Under the pieces are notes generated by a model that searched no databases, was not told the DNA's origin, and saw only the letters and a program-made list of their open reading frames with translations. From the NCBI RefSeq assembly GCF_905233635.1, contig NZ_CAJODG010000036.1, positions 875 through 64,874 of the forward strand: a DNA stretch of 64,000 nucleotides, in the 5' to 3' direction. How positions within the stretch are numbered: the first letter of the stretch is position 1; every line of letters begins with the position of its first letter. Shown here piece by piece: positions 52,313-62,720 of this stretch. This DNA comes from Selenomonas sp. AE3005. Lineage in GTDB: Bacteria; Bacillota; Negativicutes; Selenomonadales; Selenomonadaceae. The position numbers were made by a program, and so were the translations under genes.

Positions 52313-53560
52313 TTATTTCTGTTTTAAATCCTCAATAGCCTGGGCAGCTCCCATAATGCCGATTACAGCATGCTCAAAGGTCAGGCCGCCCTGCAGGTAA
52401 ACATTGTACGGAGCGCGCATGGGGCCATCGGCACTGAACTCAATCGACGCCCCCTGCACAAAGGTTCCGGCCGCCATGATAATCTGGTCCGTATAACCAG
52501 GCATATCCCACGGTTCCGGCGCAGCAAAGGAATCAACCGGGGAATACTTTTGAATGCCGCCGCAGAACGCCACCAGATTTTCCCCAGTACCCAGTTCGAT
52601 GGCCTGAATGATGTCACCACGTACATCTGTGGGCAGCGGCAAAGTCTTATAGCCCAGACGGGCAAACATGCCGGCTGCAAAAATTGCGCCTTTGATGGAC
52701 TGTGCCACAACATGCGGTGCCAGGAACAAGCCCTGGAACAGCAGACGGTTATTGGAAAGACTGGCCCCCAGCTCATCCCCCATGCCCGGTGCCGTCAGGC
52801 GGTAGGACGTAAGCTCTACCAGTTCATTACGGCCGGCGACATAGCCGCCCGTAGGAGCAATACCGCCGCCTGGATTTTTAATCAGGGAACCGGCCATAAT
52901 ATCGGCCCCTGCCTGCGTTGGTTCCAAGGTGTCTACAAACTCCCCGTAGCAGTTATCCACAAAGCAGATACAGTCCGGCTTAAGGCGGTGAACTTCGTCG
53001 CAAATAGCCCGGATATCATCGATGGACAAGGGATTACGCATACTGTAACCACGGGAGCGCTGAATCTCGACCATCTTGGTTTTAGCCGTAATCACATTTT
53101 TTATTCCGTCCATGTCCACTTTGCCGTCAATCATCGGCAGTTCATTATAGAGGACACCAAATTCCTTTAACGAGCCCGGGCTGGGATTTTCATAGCCGAT
53201 TACCGTCTGCATAGTATCATAGGGCTTGCCCGTCAGGGATACGAGTTCATCACCGGGGCGCAGGATACCAAACAGCACCGTAGCCAGCGCATGCGTGCCC
53301 GAAACGAACTGCGTGCGGACCAGCGCGCGTTCTGCACCGAAAATTTTTGCGTAAAGCTCCTCCAGTTTCGTCCGGCCGATATCATCATAAGCATAACCCG
53401 TAGTCGTATTGAAATGGGCGTCAGACACCTTGCACTCACGCATAGCATCCAAAACCTTTAAGGTGTTTTCCTCAGCAATAGCGTCCACCCGGGCAAAAAG
53501 CTCCTGGGAGTCCTTTAGTACCTCCTGTTTTAAAGCAACAAGTTTTTGCGAAAAAGCCAA
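52313..53560 (-). CDS. Methionine gamma-lyase-like / YnbB family PLP enzyme
   Basis: SGTHA, QRSRGY, DNCYGEF, GSLIKNPGGG; follows hflX. Confidence 0.88.
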   Translation of the reverse strand: MAFSQKLVALKQEVLKDSQELFARVDAIAEENTLKVLDAMRECKVSDAHFNTTTGYAYDDIGRTKLEELYAKIFGAERALVRTQFVSGTHALATVLFGILRPGDELVSLTGKPYDTMQTVIGYENPSPGSLKEFGVLYNELPMIDGKVDMDGIKNVITAKTKMVEIQRSRGYSMRNPLSIDDIRAICDEVHRLKPDCICFVDNCYGEFVDTLEPTQAGADIMAGSLIKNPGGGIAPTGGYVAGRNELVELTSYRLTAPGMGDELGASLSNNRLLFQGLFLAPHVVAQSIKGAIFAAGMFARLGYKTLPLPTDVRGDIIQAIELGTGENLVAFCGGIQKYSPVDSFAAPEPWDMPGYTDQIIMAAGTFVQGASIEFSADGPMRAPYNVYLQGGLTFEHAVIGIMGAAQAIEDLKQK

Positions 53561-53565
53561 TTTAC

Positions 53566-55365
53566 TTACTCCTTTATTTCATACTTACTGAAATTATCTT
53601 TCTCCGACAGCGGCAGGCGCACAGTCATTTTTGTCCCTGCCTCTTCATAGGCCGTTTCCAACACAGCATTAAGGCCATGCAATCTGGTAACTACACTGCC
53701 CTCACTATAAGGCACGAGCAACATCATGCGCACCTGGCTCTCCTGGAAAAAGCCCTCCACCCTGCGCAGCAGGCCGTCAAGGTTCTCCCCCGTCACCGCC
53801 GAGATAAAGACACCGTCCCGGCCATGCAGGAGCTGCTCGCGTACATGCGGATTGGTCAGCTTGTCAGCCTTGTTAAAGACAAACAACACCGGTTTATCGG
53901 CGGCATTAAGTTCCTGCAGTACCGCCACCACGGCCTCAATCTGTTCTTCTATATGGTCACCGCTGGCGTCGACCACATGCAGCAATAAGTCAGCCTCCTG
54001 CACTTCCTCGAGCGTTGCCCGGAAAGCCGTGACCAGCGTATGCGGCAATTTTTGAATAAAGCCTACCGTATCTGTCAACAAAATTTCCTGTTTCTCCGGC
54101 AGCACCAAATGCCTGGTTGTCGGGTCCAAAGTAGCAAACAGCTTGTCCTCGGCAAAGACCTCCGAACCCGTGAGTTTATTGAGCAGGGTTGACTTGCCGG
54201 CATTGGTATAACCTACCAATGCCACCAGCGGAATCCGCGATTCCTTGCGCCGGCTGCGGTGCAGGCTGCGGCTCTTGGCCACACCCTTAATCTGTTCCTC
54301 AATATCATGAATCTTGCTGTATATCCGCCGCCGGTCAACTTCGAGCTTTGTTTCCCCAGGGCCTCTGGTACCTATACCGCCGCCCAGACGTGACAGGGCC
54401 AGTCCCTGACCGCTGAGACGCGGCAGATTGTAACGCAGCTGCGCCAGTTCCACCTGCAGCTTGCCCTCCCGGGACCTGGCCCGTTGAGCAAAGATATCCA
54501 GTATTAAGGCTGTGCGGTCAATAACCTTAATGCCGAGCATTCTTTCAAGATTATGCTGCTGTGAGGGCGTCAGTTCATCATCGACAATCAGCAGTGCAGC
54601 CTCGCGGTTCTGCACCTCCATGGCCAGTTCATTCACCTTGCCCTTGCCCAGGAATAAAGCCGCGTCCGGTTTTTCCTTGCGCTGGGTAAAACAGCCTACT
54701 ATTTTCGCACCGGCAGTTTCCGTAAGTCTTGCCAGCTCCGCCATGGATTCCTCCATGGGAAAAATGCCGCCAGACCGTTCCACACCAGCCAGAATGGCCC
54801 GTTCTTCCTCGTCCGCTGTGGTTTTCGTACTTTGGGCGGCCAGTTTCTTATTGACCACCGTAATCAGCATATTGAGGTTAATCTGGTGCAGCACCTTATC
54901 TTCTGCCGGGCCATACTGCGTAAGTATCTGCGTGCCATCTTCGCCGGCCTCTCCCGTAAAAAAGGCCAGACAGCCCACAATCTTGCCCTCCCGGCGTCCC
55001 AGGGCCGCCATGCAGTCAAAACGCAGGCGCCGCAGGGAAGATAAATCCGGGTCACTCAGGCGCACATCGCCACTGGGATGGGTATGGATGCAGCGAATCC
55101 CCGACAGGCGCATATCTGAACGGGTCTTTTGCTTGAATTCCGGCAGGTCAACCGTTGCCGTATCCCCAAGGGACACCTGCACGACCTTGCCCTGACGATT
55201 CAGGTAAACAGCCACTTCCCTGTCCGTATCCGCCGTAATGGACAGCATACTTTCATTTAATTCCCTGGTAGACAGCTGACCAATAGGCACACGCAAATCA
55301 TACAGGGCTTGCAGTTTTTCCAGTATATAAGTTTTTATATTGGCCAAATCGCCATTTACTTGCAT
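53566..55365 (-). CDS. hflX: GTPase HflX, long form with N-terminal extension
   Basis: GPGETKLE.DRR, GYTNAGKST, FATLD, DTVGF, NKAD. Confidence 0.95.
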   Translation of the reverse strand: MQVNGDLANIKTYILEKLQALYDLRVPIGQLSTRELNESMLSITADTDREVAVYLNRQGKVVQVSLGDTATVDLPEFKQKTRSDMRLSGIRCIHTHPSGDVRLSDPDLSSLRRLRFDCMAALGRREGKIVGCLAFFTGEAGEDGTQILTQYGPAEDKVLHQINLNMLITVVNKKLAAQSTKTTADEEERAILAGVERSGGIFPMEESMAELARLTETAGAKIVGCFTQRKEKPDAALFLGKGKVNELAMEVQNREAALLIVDDELTPSQQHNLERMLGIKVIDRTALILDIFAQRARSREGKLQVELAQLRYNLPRLSGQGLALSRLGGGIGTRGPGETKLEVDRRRIYSKIHDIEEQIKGVAKSRSLHRSRRKESRIPLVALVGYTNAGKSTLLNKLTGSEVFAEDKLFATLDPTTRHLVLPEKQEILLTDTVGFIQKLPHTLVTAFRATLEEVQEADLLLHVVDASGDHIEEQIEAVVAVLQELNAADKPVLFVFNKADKLTNPHVREQLLHGRDGVFISAVTGENLDGLLRRVEGFFQESQVRMMLLVPYSEGSVVTRLHGLNAVLETAYEEAGTKMTVRLPLSEKDNFSKYEIKE

Positions 55366-55379
55366 GATTCTTCTCCCGG

Positions 55380-56381
55380 TCAGCCACGATTTACGATATT
55401 GCCGATGTGTTTAAGCATAATGGACAGGGTACCATCATCGTTGTTGTGGAACTCGAGATACTCCGTGTTGTCAAAGTAATCCGAGGGAATTGTGAGTTCT
55501 ATCCCCGTATCCGTCTTTAACTTATGCTTGCACATCTTCTTGATGGTGGCCTCCTGGTCCATTTTTACCGGTTCGGTAAAGCCGGCCTCTTTGATAGCAT
55601 TGTCAAAGTCCGCCTGCATGGAAGGATTTTCCTTGAATATCTCCTTGCCGGCCTCCACGAGGTCGAGCTCGTCACTGCTCTGCATATTTTCCGTCACATA
55701 GCTTTTCACTGCCGCCTCGGTGGCCACCTTGTCCTGACCATAGGCCTCGGCCACCTTTGCCGCCGTCTTGCTGAGGTTCTTTATGGCCTCCTTCGGGGAA
55801 GGAGCCAGGCTGCATTCCAGCAGGATTTCCGGAAATACATAGACACTGCTGCCGTCAATGGTATATTTTTTCGCCGTCACCGAAATTTCTTTCGTTTCCG
55901 CATTGATGAACGCATATTCTTCCATCTTTTGGCTGAGGTTAGGCATGATAGAATAGTGATTGATGATTTCATTCTTTATGCCCTTATCCGTCTGATTGAC
56001 CTGATGGGTATAGCCGATATGGCTGTTGGATTTAAAAATGACAATCTGACGCACATCATCAATACGTACATCAGCCACAATAACATCAGCCGAGGCCATT
56101 TCCTCAGCATGAACAAAAGCCTCTTCGAGTTTCTTGGCCAGTTCCTTGGAAAACGGCACAAATGACATTTCCCCCGCCAGGTATTCACTAAGCAGCTCCT
56201 GGCAATGACTGTCATCATAGAAAGAGCCTGGTTTGGCATCTTGACTTCCCCAGGCCTTTTCTATATGTTTCAGCAAAAACGTTTCAATACTGTCCTGTAC
56301 CGTCAAAGTTTCGTCAGAATACACCGTCATGCCCGAATTAAAGTCCAGTATATGAAGTATTGCCTTATCTATGATTATCAT
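55380..56381 (-). CDS. Nucleoid-associated protein (NdpA/YejK-like)
   Basis: I.KAILHILD N-terminus, acidic composition, TDTGIE.TIP C-terminus. Confidence 0.7.
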   Translation of the reverse strand: MIIIDKAILHILDFNSGMTVYSDETLTVQDSIETFLLKHIEKAWGSQDAKPGSFYDDSHCQELLSEYLAGEMSFVPFSKELAKKLEEAFVHAEEMASADVIVADVRIDDVRQIVIFKSNSHIGYTHQVNQTDKGIKNEIINHYSIMPNLSQKMEEYAFINAETKEISVTAKKYTIDGSSVYVFPEILLECSLAPSPKEAIKNLSKTAAKVAEAYGQDKVATEAAVKSYVTENMQSSDELDLVEAGKEIFKENPSMQADFDNAIKEAGFTEPVKMDQEATIKKMCKHKLKTDTGIELTIPSDYFDNTEYLEFHNNDDGTLSIMLKHIGNIVNRG

Positions 56382-57085
56382 GCTTTTTCCTGCTCCTTTC
56401 GTGCCTGCTCCTCTGCCCAGCCGCGCACCTGCTGCAAGCGTGCTGTCATACGGCTCCGCAATTTTTCCTCCAGCTCCGCCAAATCGCTGGCGTCAAATTC
56501 GTAACTTACATCGGGAATATTCCATATACGAGCCTCAGCAAAGAACTCGTCCCGGTAAATATTATAATAAACCGTAAAGCTGCTTTCTAACGCAAAATTT
56601 ACATAGTCGATAACAATATATGAGCCATTATTGATTTTGACCGGTTCCTGCGGACGGATAAACAGGGAAAATCCCTCTATTTCTGCAGGCAGTTCCAGAC
56701 CTGCCTGCCATGTCAGGATTTTTTTATCCCTTACAATGCTGCTCAGGGCATCAGGATTAAACTCTGCCATATCATGCAGCGTCTGCTCAAACTGAGCCTT
56801 TAAGAGTTCCTCAAAAACCGTCAGACTGCCGGTGATAAACTCAATACAGCAAAATTCGATAAGACCGATTTTCAGCCGTACCTTATATTCGTGGGTCTCT
56901 TCATGAAAGTAAATAATGGCGCTTTTGTGCCACTCCTCATTAACATAACGGTACAAATCGTACTTGTCCTTGCCGATGACCGGTTCCCTGTCAAGGGTAA
57001 ACCCCTGCCATGTCTCCGGCAGTTCCTGCATATACTGCCAGCTGTCTGTCTCTTCTTTTATCTTGGTGATGGTTTCCTCTTTCAC
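56378..57085 (-). CDS. Conserved hypothetical protein
   Basis: 235-aa ORF overlapping the next gene; apparent internal two-fold repeat (W...ELP....GF.L). Confidence 0.7.
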   Translation of the reverse strand: MKEETITKIKEETDSWQYMQELPETWQGFTLDREPVIGKDKYDLYRYVNEEWHKSAIIYFHEETHEYKVRLKIGLIEFCCIEFITGSLTVFEELLKAQFEQTLHDMAEFNPDALSSIVRDKKILTWQAGLELPAEIEGFSLFIRPQEPVKINNGSYIVIDYVNFALESSFTVYYNIYRDEFFAEARIWNIPDVSYEFDASDLAELEEKLRSRMTARLQQVRGWAEEQARKEQEKA

Positions 57086-57233
57086 AGCCTGCTCCCATAC
57101 AGAAAAAGCTCCTAGGCAAGGCCTAAGAGCTCATACAATTCAAAATCTAATATATAGATAGGAAAAATATGCTCCTTTGCCTACCTATAATAACTCATTT
57201 CCCCCGATTTCGTCAAATTTTCTTTTTGCTGCC

Positions 57234-57375
57234 TAGGGCGTGTTGATTAAATGAGATTCGCCCAGATTTGCAGATAGTGGCTGTCCTCTGCAAGGCGACA
57301 AACCGCAGGCATAGCGGTGCTATGTCGAGGAAATGTCTGTGAAGATGGGTGGATTGAATTAATCAACACGCCCTA
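57234..57375. mobile_element. MITE (family B) with 17-bp terminal inverted repeats
   Basis: TAGGGCGTGTTGATTAA (57234-57250) / TTAATCAACACGCCCTA (57359-57375); non-coding, 142 bp. Confidence 0.75.
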
Positions 57376-58014
57376 ATCAGCATAGAAAATCAGACCGCAC
57401 CCCTGCAGCCGCTGATGCAGAGCCATCATAAATTTAGGCCCCGGGTCAATTTTTTTCGAGTAATAGCCAGCTACCTTTTCGCTGTACAGACCGCTGACCC
57501 GGGCGGCATCCTGCTGATAATGGCCAAACACATAGCGGATGTCAGGATATTTTTCCTGCAAATACTTAATCAGCGCGATATTGGCCTCCAGCTGGGCTTC
57601 GGTTAAATCCTCAGCCCCGCCAGTACCGCCGACGTTTTCAATACCAATGGCACACCAGTTGTAGCCGATAGCATGACGATTAAGGGCAGTTTCCGATGTA
57701 AGCCGGAAAACTTTGCCGTCCCTGTCAACAAGAAAATGAGACGCGACATTTAAAGTACCATCGCCCAGGTCTTCATTGTAAAAATGTTTATACGCTGACT
57801 CCCATGTGCTGGAAGCCGTCCAATGAACCACTACCGCCTGTGGCGTGATATCCACCTTATTCAGCCCGTAATGGGTCTGCGCGTATTCACGAATGAGCTG
57901 TTCCCGGTGTTCTGTCCAGACGATAGGCTTATCAATAATTTGCAGCCCGCCTGCCAAAACTTCTGCCGCCAATGACAATAGCAACAATGTCAGCAATACA
58001 CATTTTCTCAGCAT
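57373..58014 (-). CDS. N-acetylmuramoyl-L-alanine amidase (Amidase_2/PGRP-like)
   Basis: Signal peptide, VVHWT, ASHFLVD, HA.G.N..IGIE, GH, K.DPG. Confidence 0.88.
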   Translation of the reverse strand: MLRKCVLLTLLLLSLAAEVLAGGLQIIDKPIVWTEHREQLIREYAQTHYGLNKVDITPQAVVVHWTASSTWESAYKHFYNEDLGDGTLNVASHFLVDRDGKVFRLTSETALNRHAIGYNWCAIGIENVGGTGGAEDLTEAQLEANIALIKYLQEKYPDIRYVFGHYQQDAARVSGLYSEKVAGYYSKKIDPGPKFMMALHQRLQGCGLIFYAD

Positions 58015-58184
58015 CTTAGTTCAGTCCTTCCCCTGTATTGTTTACGGATTCTATGTACAAAATTCTCCAAGGACACCGCCTGTTCCTGCCAGCCTTATTT
58101 GTTCTAAGTACATTGACTTTTCTGAAAAAATTATCGTAAAATAAAAATATGTTTGAACTCGCAAAAGCAAAGGAGTTGACGTGA

Positions 58185-59034
58185 ATGAAGAAAAGAATCT
58201 CAGCTTTACTATTGGCAATGCTCTGTCTGATGATGAATGTCTGTCTGTCCATGAGTAATGAAGCCAAGGCCGACCTGGACAAAGAGCTGGCACAAATGAT
58301 TGGCGAAACAGGAACGAAAGTTCCGTGACTGGGTGTGATTGCCTTTAAGGACGGCAAGGAAGTTTACAGCAGCTTCCATGGCTCGGCCATTATCGACAGT
58401 CAAAATCCGCAGAACAGCCGCCCCTTTACCCGTAACAGCCGCTTCCGCGTGGCCTCGGTCTCCAAGATGTTCACTGTGTTCACCATCATGCAGCTCACCG
58501 AGCAAGGCAAGCTGGATTTGGATACCGATGTAAGCAAATACTTGGGCTTCCAGCTGCGCAATCCGAATTACCTCGACATTCCCATTACCGCAAGAATGCT
58601 GGCCTCTCACCAGTCCTCCCTGCGTGATGGTAAGATATACAGCATTCCGCCGGAGATGGGCCTGCAGGAATTTTTCCGCAAGGACGGCAAGTTCTACGAA
58701 GACGGCGCTCACTTCGCTCCGCAGGGAAAAGCGCCGGGCAAATACTTTTCCTACAGCAATCTGAATTATGGTATTCTAGGCACGATTATCGAAAAAGTCA
58801 CCGGCGAGCGTTTTGACAAATATCAGAAGAACCATATCTTAAAGCAGCTTGACATCAAAGGGGACTACCTGCCCAGCAACTTCAGCAAGAAAGAATTTGC
58901 CAAACTCGGTGCTGTGTACCAGAAAAAAGATGCAGACGGCGTCTGGAATGAAAACGGCCAGAAAATTCAGCAACAACTACATTTGGCATGAAACAGTCGG
59001 CAACGCCATTTGCCACAATGTATTTGTCCGCTGA
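58185..59034 (+). pseudogene. Serine hydrolase (beta-lactamase family), disrupted
   Basis: RBS and ATG 58185 with signal peptide; in-frame TGA at 58326-58328 (KVP*LGV); SVSK, H.SS and YSN motifs; ends prematurely at 58991. Confidence 0.8.
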
Positions 59035-59252
59035 TATCTATGCCCCTGTACACCAGCAACGAACTCATATACACGAATGTATTTTTTATGTTTTTTTAAC
59101 GTCTTTTACAAGTCAAATGTCAGCCCCCTTCCTTTTCGCATGATTCCTAGTGTGCTTGATTCCCCCTTTTGCCCATATCGAAAAAAGTCAAACGTGGTAC
59201 ACGCAAAAAAGACCCCTACCTAAATAGGTAGAAGCCTTATAAATAGTCAATA

Positions 59253-59328
<76 letters not shown>

Positions 59329-59404
59329 ATTGGCCTTGTTCTCAAGGACAAATAATATATTAGCACTCTACTAACAGACCGTCAAGGGGTAATTATGAAA
59401 AAGG

Positions 59405-60031
59405 TCAAAAATTTTTACGGATAATCATCTCAATGCGGTTGCCCGACACAGAAACACGCACATCATCAGCAATATTGGCCACAATGGATTTCTCCAGTTC
59501 GTCTAAAGCCCCAAACTCATCATCTTCAGTCTCGGACTGCGGAGCGGCCTTCTTTAAGTCGCGGCGGTACTTTTCCAGTGACCAGGTATATGTATCTGTA
59601 GCCATAGCCACGCCGCCCATAGTCATAAAATGACAGTCGCCCATAACCACACTGGTACCATCTTTCATGTTATAAAGGCTGTCCTCAATGAAATCCTTAA
59701 TTTTCCCCATAATCCCCACAGACGCTTCGTTGCTCTTGGTCGTAGAAACCTCAATAAGCTCCTGTTTTTTGTTATAGTTCATCGGGGATTCGGCCACTAA
59801 ATGCAGCTCACATTTACATTCAGGCGTGCTCTCCATCCAAAAATCGGCCACAAAATCTTCAACAATGGCCCGCACCATGCTCATGGTTTCTTCTGCCAAC
59901 AATCTTGCTCTGCGGGCACTGCGTTCATCAAAGCCCATTGCTTTGCTGAATTCTTCGACTTCGTCCAAAGCCTTTTCCATACCATAACCATTACTGTTAA
60001 CGGTTATCTTATTGGTTTTCATCGCAATCAT
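59405..60031 (-). CDS. Hypothetical protein, possibly a degenerate anti-sigma/HATPase-like fold
   Basis: RLLAEETMSM resembles the N-box helix; overlaps the STAS gene. Confidence 0.6.
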   Translation of the reverse strand: MIAMKTNKITVNSNGYGMEKALDEVEEFSKAMGFDERSARRARLLAEETMSMVRAIVEDFVADFWMESTPECKCELHLVAESPMNYNKKQELIEVSTTKSNEASVGIMGKIKDFIEDSLYNMKDGTSVVMGDCHFMTMGGVAMATDTYTWSLEKYRRDLKKAAPQSETEDDEFGALDELEKSIVANIADDVRVSVSGNRIEMIIRKNF

Positions 60032-60327
60032 TCCTCTATTGTCAGGAAATCAATAAATCCTGTCATATCCAGTACATCTTTCACATCTTCACTTACATGC
60101 GTAAGTTTCATAGATCCCTGTTTCTTCATGCGTTTTTGGGCCAGCAATAATACGCGCAGGCCAGCTGATGCCACATATACCAGCTCGGAAAAATCCAGCG
60201 TCAAATCCGTAATGCCCGTCAAATCATTCTGTACAACTTTATCTAAATCCGGAGCCGTAACAGCATCCAGACGTCCCGACAGAAAAAGTGTCAAAGCCGT
60301 ACCATTGAGTTCTTTTTTGATTTCCAT
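60028..60327 (-). CDS. STAS-domain anti-sigma factor antagonist
   Basis: LSGRLD..TAP, LDFSELVYVASAGLRVLL, V..V...TGF. Confidence 0.92.
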   Translation of the reverse strand: MEIKKELNGTALTLFLSGRLDAVTAPDLDKVVQNDLTGITDLTLDFSELVYVASAGLRVLLLAQKRMKKQGSMKLTHVSEDVKDVLDMTGFIDFLTIEE

Positions 60328-60379
60328 AATGAAAATCTCCTTTCACCGTGATATGTAACCATAATGTAGAAATTCGCGT

Positions 60380-60817
60380 TTAATTTTCATTTTCCTGCAT
60401 AATTATGTTTTTTCGTATGGTTAATATATTTTTTCCATCTTTATATTCGTAGCTGATATTGTCCACATTCTTCTTAACGAGGAATATTCCCCAGCCGCCT
60501 AATTCCCTGTCCATCAGCGGCGTATCGGGGTCCGGGGCTTCTCTTTGCAAGGGGTTATAAGGTATACCTTCGTCAATAAATGACAATTCCAGACTCTGCG
60601 GATTGTCATAAGTACGTCCACGCAGCAGCGCCTTCCCTTCGCTCTCACCATAAGCATAGCTGGCAATGTTGACAAAAATTTCCTCTACCACCAGGTCCAG
60701 CTGCAGCTGCACTTTCACCGGACAGTTAAACGGCTCCAGCAAACTGGCTACAAATTCATTCACAGCTGGCAGATTTTCTACTTTGGCCTCTATCAGCAAT
60801 TCTCTTGGTTCGCTCAT
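60380..60817 (-). CDS. Anti-sigma factor Ser/Thr kinase (RsbW/SpoIIAB-like HATPase)
   Basis: EEIFVNI..YAY, DEG.PYNP, GGWGIFLV. Confidence 0.9.
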   Translation of the reverse strand: MSEPRELLIEAKVENLPAVNEFVASLLEPFNCPVKVQLQLDLVVEEIFVNIASYAYGESEGKALLRGRTYDNPQSLELSFIDEGIPYNPLQREAPDPDTPLMDRELGGWGIFLVKKNVDNISYEYKDGKNILTIRKNIIMQENEN

Positions 60818-60851
60818 AATCCTCCCCCACCTAATTTGCTAAAGCAGGACC

Positions 60852-62720
60852 TTACGACTGTATCCATAAACGCTGATACTTTTCCAGTTGTCTGATGACA
60901 TGCCGGAAAATATTTTGCCCGACCTGCGGATAACGTTTCAGTATGGCCATAAATCCGGATAAGGGTATCTTGATGATAACAGCCTGTTCCGTCAGTACCT
61001 CCATAGAGTATTTATGGCGATGTCCGGGCAGCAATACACTCTCATTAAGCCAGCTGTTTTCCTTTTGAATATCCAGCGTATTATACCAGCCGTCACCGAC
61101 TTCGATACTGCGGACAATTTTGCCGCTGACCAGGAAAATCATATTATCTTCGATACTTTCTGCATCTATCCGGTCACCCTCGAACAGGATTTGCTGCTGG
61201 GCACCGCCCATAAAGAGCTGCTGTATACCGAGCTCGCACTCCTGGAACAAAGCCAGTTTCGACAGATAATTCTGCAGTACGGCCCGGGAATCCTGCACTT
61301 GCAGGCTGCCGCTGATTCTTTCGGCCTCCAGCCGTTTTTCGAGCTTGGCGCGGAAATCATACACAGCCACATTCCAGTCCATCATCATCTGCTGAATTAT
61401 CAGCTGATATTCCTTCAGCAGCCGCTTGACATCGTTCATCTTGAACTCACTGCTGTCATAGACTAAGGAGATAATCACCTTATTTTCCTCCCGGCGGAAG
61501 GAAATACTGAGTTTCAAATCCCGGCCATCGTAGGAATTCTGCATTACCAGCTGCCCCGTTGCCTGCCCCGGCACATCAGCATAAGACATGCTCTCCTGGA
61601 AGAAATCACAGAAATTGAGCACATGGTCAAAGCCATTTGCCTGACTCCGCAGCACATCTTCGATGTTTTCACGCCCCAATGAGGCATACGGCTGCGAAAT
61701 AACAAATTGCTGGAAAGCCTTGGTCACGAGTTCCTGAACGGTGGGATTTCCCTTCACCTGCAGGCGTACAGGTACAAGGCTGGGGGTAATGCCCTCATCG
61801 GCAGCTTTACCACGCCGCGGCACAAAAAGCGCAAAACCCACATCATCGCACTGATTGTAACGCTGCAGCAGCACCCCCCAGGCCGTATACAAAATGGACA
61901 TGAGCATCATTTTCTTATCTTTGGAGCGCAAGCGCAGTTCCGCCAATAAATCAGCCGGAATGTAAGACACATACGCCTCCTGTTTATATAAATCACTTGT
62001 GCTCTTATGATAGTAAGGCAGTTCCGGCTGCTGCGGAAAATCCTTTAAGAAATTCCGCCAGTATTCCTTGATGGGTTCAGCCAGAGCGGCAGCACTCATG
62101 CCCTTAATGTCATTGCCGTCTGCTGCCGGGGTATACGATTCATTAACAGCCAGGGCAAAGAGTTTCCGCAGATTTATCTGCGGCATAATTGCCCCCACAG
62201 CTGTCACAACAACAGCGAACTCATACTGGTTGGTATGCAGGACACTGAACCGCACCAGACTGCCGCTGCGCAGGTCAAAGCCCTGACGCAGTTCCGACTC
62301 CATGATACGGCGCAAAACTACATTGAGCTCATCACCATCCATGCTCTCCAGATTACGGTACACCACTTGGGGTATATCGCGCTGTTCATCAAGAACCACC
62401 GCCAGTATACGCTTGCCGACGGAGCAATAATTAAGCCGCAAAGCCTCCGTTTCCTGAATCAATGTATATAAGGCCCTGTTAAAATAGGTCGGCAATAAAT
62501 TCCCCTTAACCTTGTAGAGGCCCTGCATGACACTGCCCACTGGATTCATCGCATTGCGGTAATGAAAATATGCTTTTTCCTCACCCGAAAGTTCCCTGAC
62601 ATAAGTTATTTTATTACGCGAATAGCCATGCGTTTCTTCTATTTGCGGACCATATAACTGCTTAAGAACACCAAATTCATTGCTGGGCAAGTCCTCAACT
62701 TTTATCTTCTGCGGTTCCAT
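60852..62720 (-). CDS. Stand-alone NRPS condensation-fold protein with C-terminal cNMP-binding-like domain
   Basis: EALRL, FDL..G.LVRF, YW..L....PELP, AWGVLL.RY...DDV.F, VPVR; C-terminal LF...GD.I...FLVSG.......NE....VLT...I.IP. Confidence 0.72.
   Translation of the reverse strand: MEPQKIKVEDLPSNEFGVLKQLYGPQIEETHGYSRNKITYVRELSGEEKAYFHYRNAMNPVGSVMQGLYKVKGNLLPTYFNRALYTLIQETEALRLNYCSVGKRILAVVLDEQRDIPQVVYRNLESMDGDELNVVLRRIMESELRQGFDLRSGSLVRFSVLHTNQYEFAVVVTAVGAIMPQINLRKLFALAVNESYTPAADGNDIKGMSAAALAEPIKEYWRNFLKDFPQQPELPYYHKSTSDLYKQEAYVSYIPADLLAELRLRSKDKKMMLMSILYTAWGVLLQRYNQCDDVGFALFVPRRGKAADEGITPSLVPVRLQVKGNPTVQELVTKAFQQFVISQPYASLGRENIEDVLRSQANGFDHVLNFCDFFQESMSYADVPGQATGQLVMQNSYDGRDLKLSISFRREENKVIISLVYDSSEFKMNDVKRLLKEYQLIIQQMMMDWNVAVYDFRAKLEKRLEAERISGSLQVQDSRAVLQNYLSKLALFQECELGIQQLFMGGAQQQILFEGDRIDAESIEDNMIFLVSGKIVRSIEVGDGWYNTLDIQKENSWLNESVLLPGHRHKYSMEVLTEQAVIIKIPLSGFMAILKRYPQVGQNIFRHVIRQLEKYQRLWIQS

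Noticed and set aside
58326..58328. In-frame TGA as possible selenocysteine
   Set aside because: The context (VP-x-LGV) fits Gly, not Cys, and the gene is also truncated, so a nonsense change is simpler.
60852..62720. NRPS biosynthetic gene cluster
   Set aside because: No adenylation, carrier or thioesterase domain in the window, and the condensation motif is absent.
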